Source: Macrostomum hystrix (Eukaryota > Animalia > Platyhelminthes). From it: 64,000 bases of DNA. Where the stretch lies: NCBI GenBank assembly GCA_950097015.1, contig CATNEN010000039.1, forward strand, positions 16,926,001 to 16,990,000, in the 5' to 3' direction. The translations under genes were made by a program, and so were the position numbers. Below are positions 63,291 to 64,000 of the stretch, piece after piece (position 1 is the first letter of the stretch; every line of letters begins with the position of its first letter). The notes beneath the pieces are model-generated. The model made no database searches, was not told the origin of the DNA, and saw only the letters and a program-made list of their open reading frames with translations.

Positions 63291-63487
63291 CAGGTTCTCC
63301 AGGGCCCCATACCTCACGGTGACAAAGGGCGAAAGAAGAAGAAGAAGAAGTACACACCTGTGTGAGCGTGTGCTTGCGTACAGTATCTGTGTGCGTGTGT
63401 GCTCAGGAGTCAGCGAAATGGGCAGAATTGCACACGCTCACATAGGTGTGTACATCTGCCCTGACTTTCTCATCGTCAGGCAGTGTA

Positions 63488-63660
63488 CACTTCACTGTGC
63501 CTTGGAGGTTGGCCCTCAAGGGCGTAAATTGCACGACAAGCCCCCAAGCCTTCTCTCCGCGGCTGCGCCCCAAATGAATGTGGCCTCGCCGCGGAATCGA
63601 ACTTAGGGTTCGTGGTGCGAGAGGCAAACGCGTTAACCGCTCTGCCACCGACCCACCCGC
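63488..63660 (-). mobile_element. tRNA-derived SINE (Pol III A and B boxes) abutting the MITE
   Basis: Minus strand: A box TGGCAGAGCGG (63647-63637), B box GTTCGATTCC (63602-63593), non-tRNA body shared with 15135-15197. Confidence 0.75.
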
Positions 63661-63919
63661 AGCCCTCTTGCAATTATATACTACTAGCTTTTTTGCCCGT
63701 TGTTTTTGGGGCAGAAATTTAAAGCAAAGCAGTAAGCAATTCACGTCTCTGTATTAACTTTATAGTGAAGGTCACCATTTATTTATTTACTGCATTAATG
63801 AAAAGTGAAGAGTTTGTTTAAGGGCGTTTTAAGTAAAAAATAAGTGAAAAGTTTGTCCAAACAGCCCCCTCTTGATTACTTCTTTAGAAACATGTCTCTT
63901 AGCCACTCCTCTATACAGT

Positions 63920-64000
63920 CAGTGGCAGATCCAGGAATTTTGTTTTGGGGCGGTCTGTCAGGGGAGCGCCATGAGAATCACAGAGGGGGTGCCAGCGGCC
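63920..64000. mobile_element. Possible start of a PIF/Harbinger-like MITE
   Basis: CAGTGGCAGATCCAGGAATTTT resembles common CAGTGGCGGATCCAG termini; the other end is outside the window. Confidence 0.3.

Larger units (their letters stand above)
59313..63350 (+). mobile_element. Full-length non-LTR retrotransposon, RTE-like, with 11-13-bp target-site duplication and (GAA)n tail
   Basis: TSD GTACACACCTGT at 59301-59312 and 63350-63361; GAA repeats at about 63332-63350; single intact ORF; abrupt switch to A/G-rich composition. Confidence 0.93.
59200..63485. mobile_element. TA-flanked MITE (Tc1/mariner-like) with TIRs of about 58 bp, split by the LINE
   Basis: ta|CACTGCCTGACGATGAGAAAGTCAGGGCAGATGTACACACCTGT[LINE]GTGAGCGTGTGC ... 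GCACACGCTCACATAGGTGTGTACATCTGCCCTGACTTTCTCATCGTCAGGCAGTG|ta; one mismatch between the arms. Confidence 0.7.

Noticed and set aside
63590-63660. Functional tRNA gene (also 38880-38945)
   Set aside because: A and B boxes are present but there is no convincing acceptor stem or cloverleaf, and each continues into a SINE-like body

Overview
Eukaryotic (metazoan) genomic DNA with spliceosomal GT-AG introns and an extreme load of distinct minisatellites, almost one per intron. This style suggests a macrostomid flatworm such as Macrostomum, but that is inference only. Five protein-coding genes were assembled by hand with consistent intron phases: (1) the last exon of a phosphatidylserine synthase 2; (2) a 3-exon gene of unknown function; (3) a complete 13-exon, 976-aa ionotropic receptor carrying the IR25a/IR8a-type co-receptor loop; (4) an 8-exon ARHGAP19-like RhoGAP on the minus strand; (5) the 5' ten exons of a second, divergent iGluR-like receptor. 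The intron after the pore exon of gene 5 holds a nested insertion: tRNA-derived SINE < TA-flanked MITE < full-length intact RTE-type LINE. The LINE begins at the predicted cleavage site of an HDV-like ribozyme, has a variant 2A/StopGo motif (TIEKNPGP) before APE-RT, and ends in four zinc fingers and a (GAA)n tail. Its 5' junction preserves a 116-bp snap-back palindrome primed at the target nick, and this palindrome base-pairs over the host 5' splice site. Most long ORFs in the supplied track are artefacts of tandem repeats.
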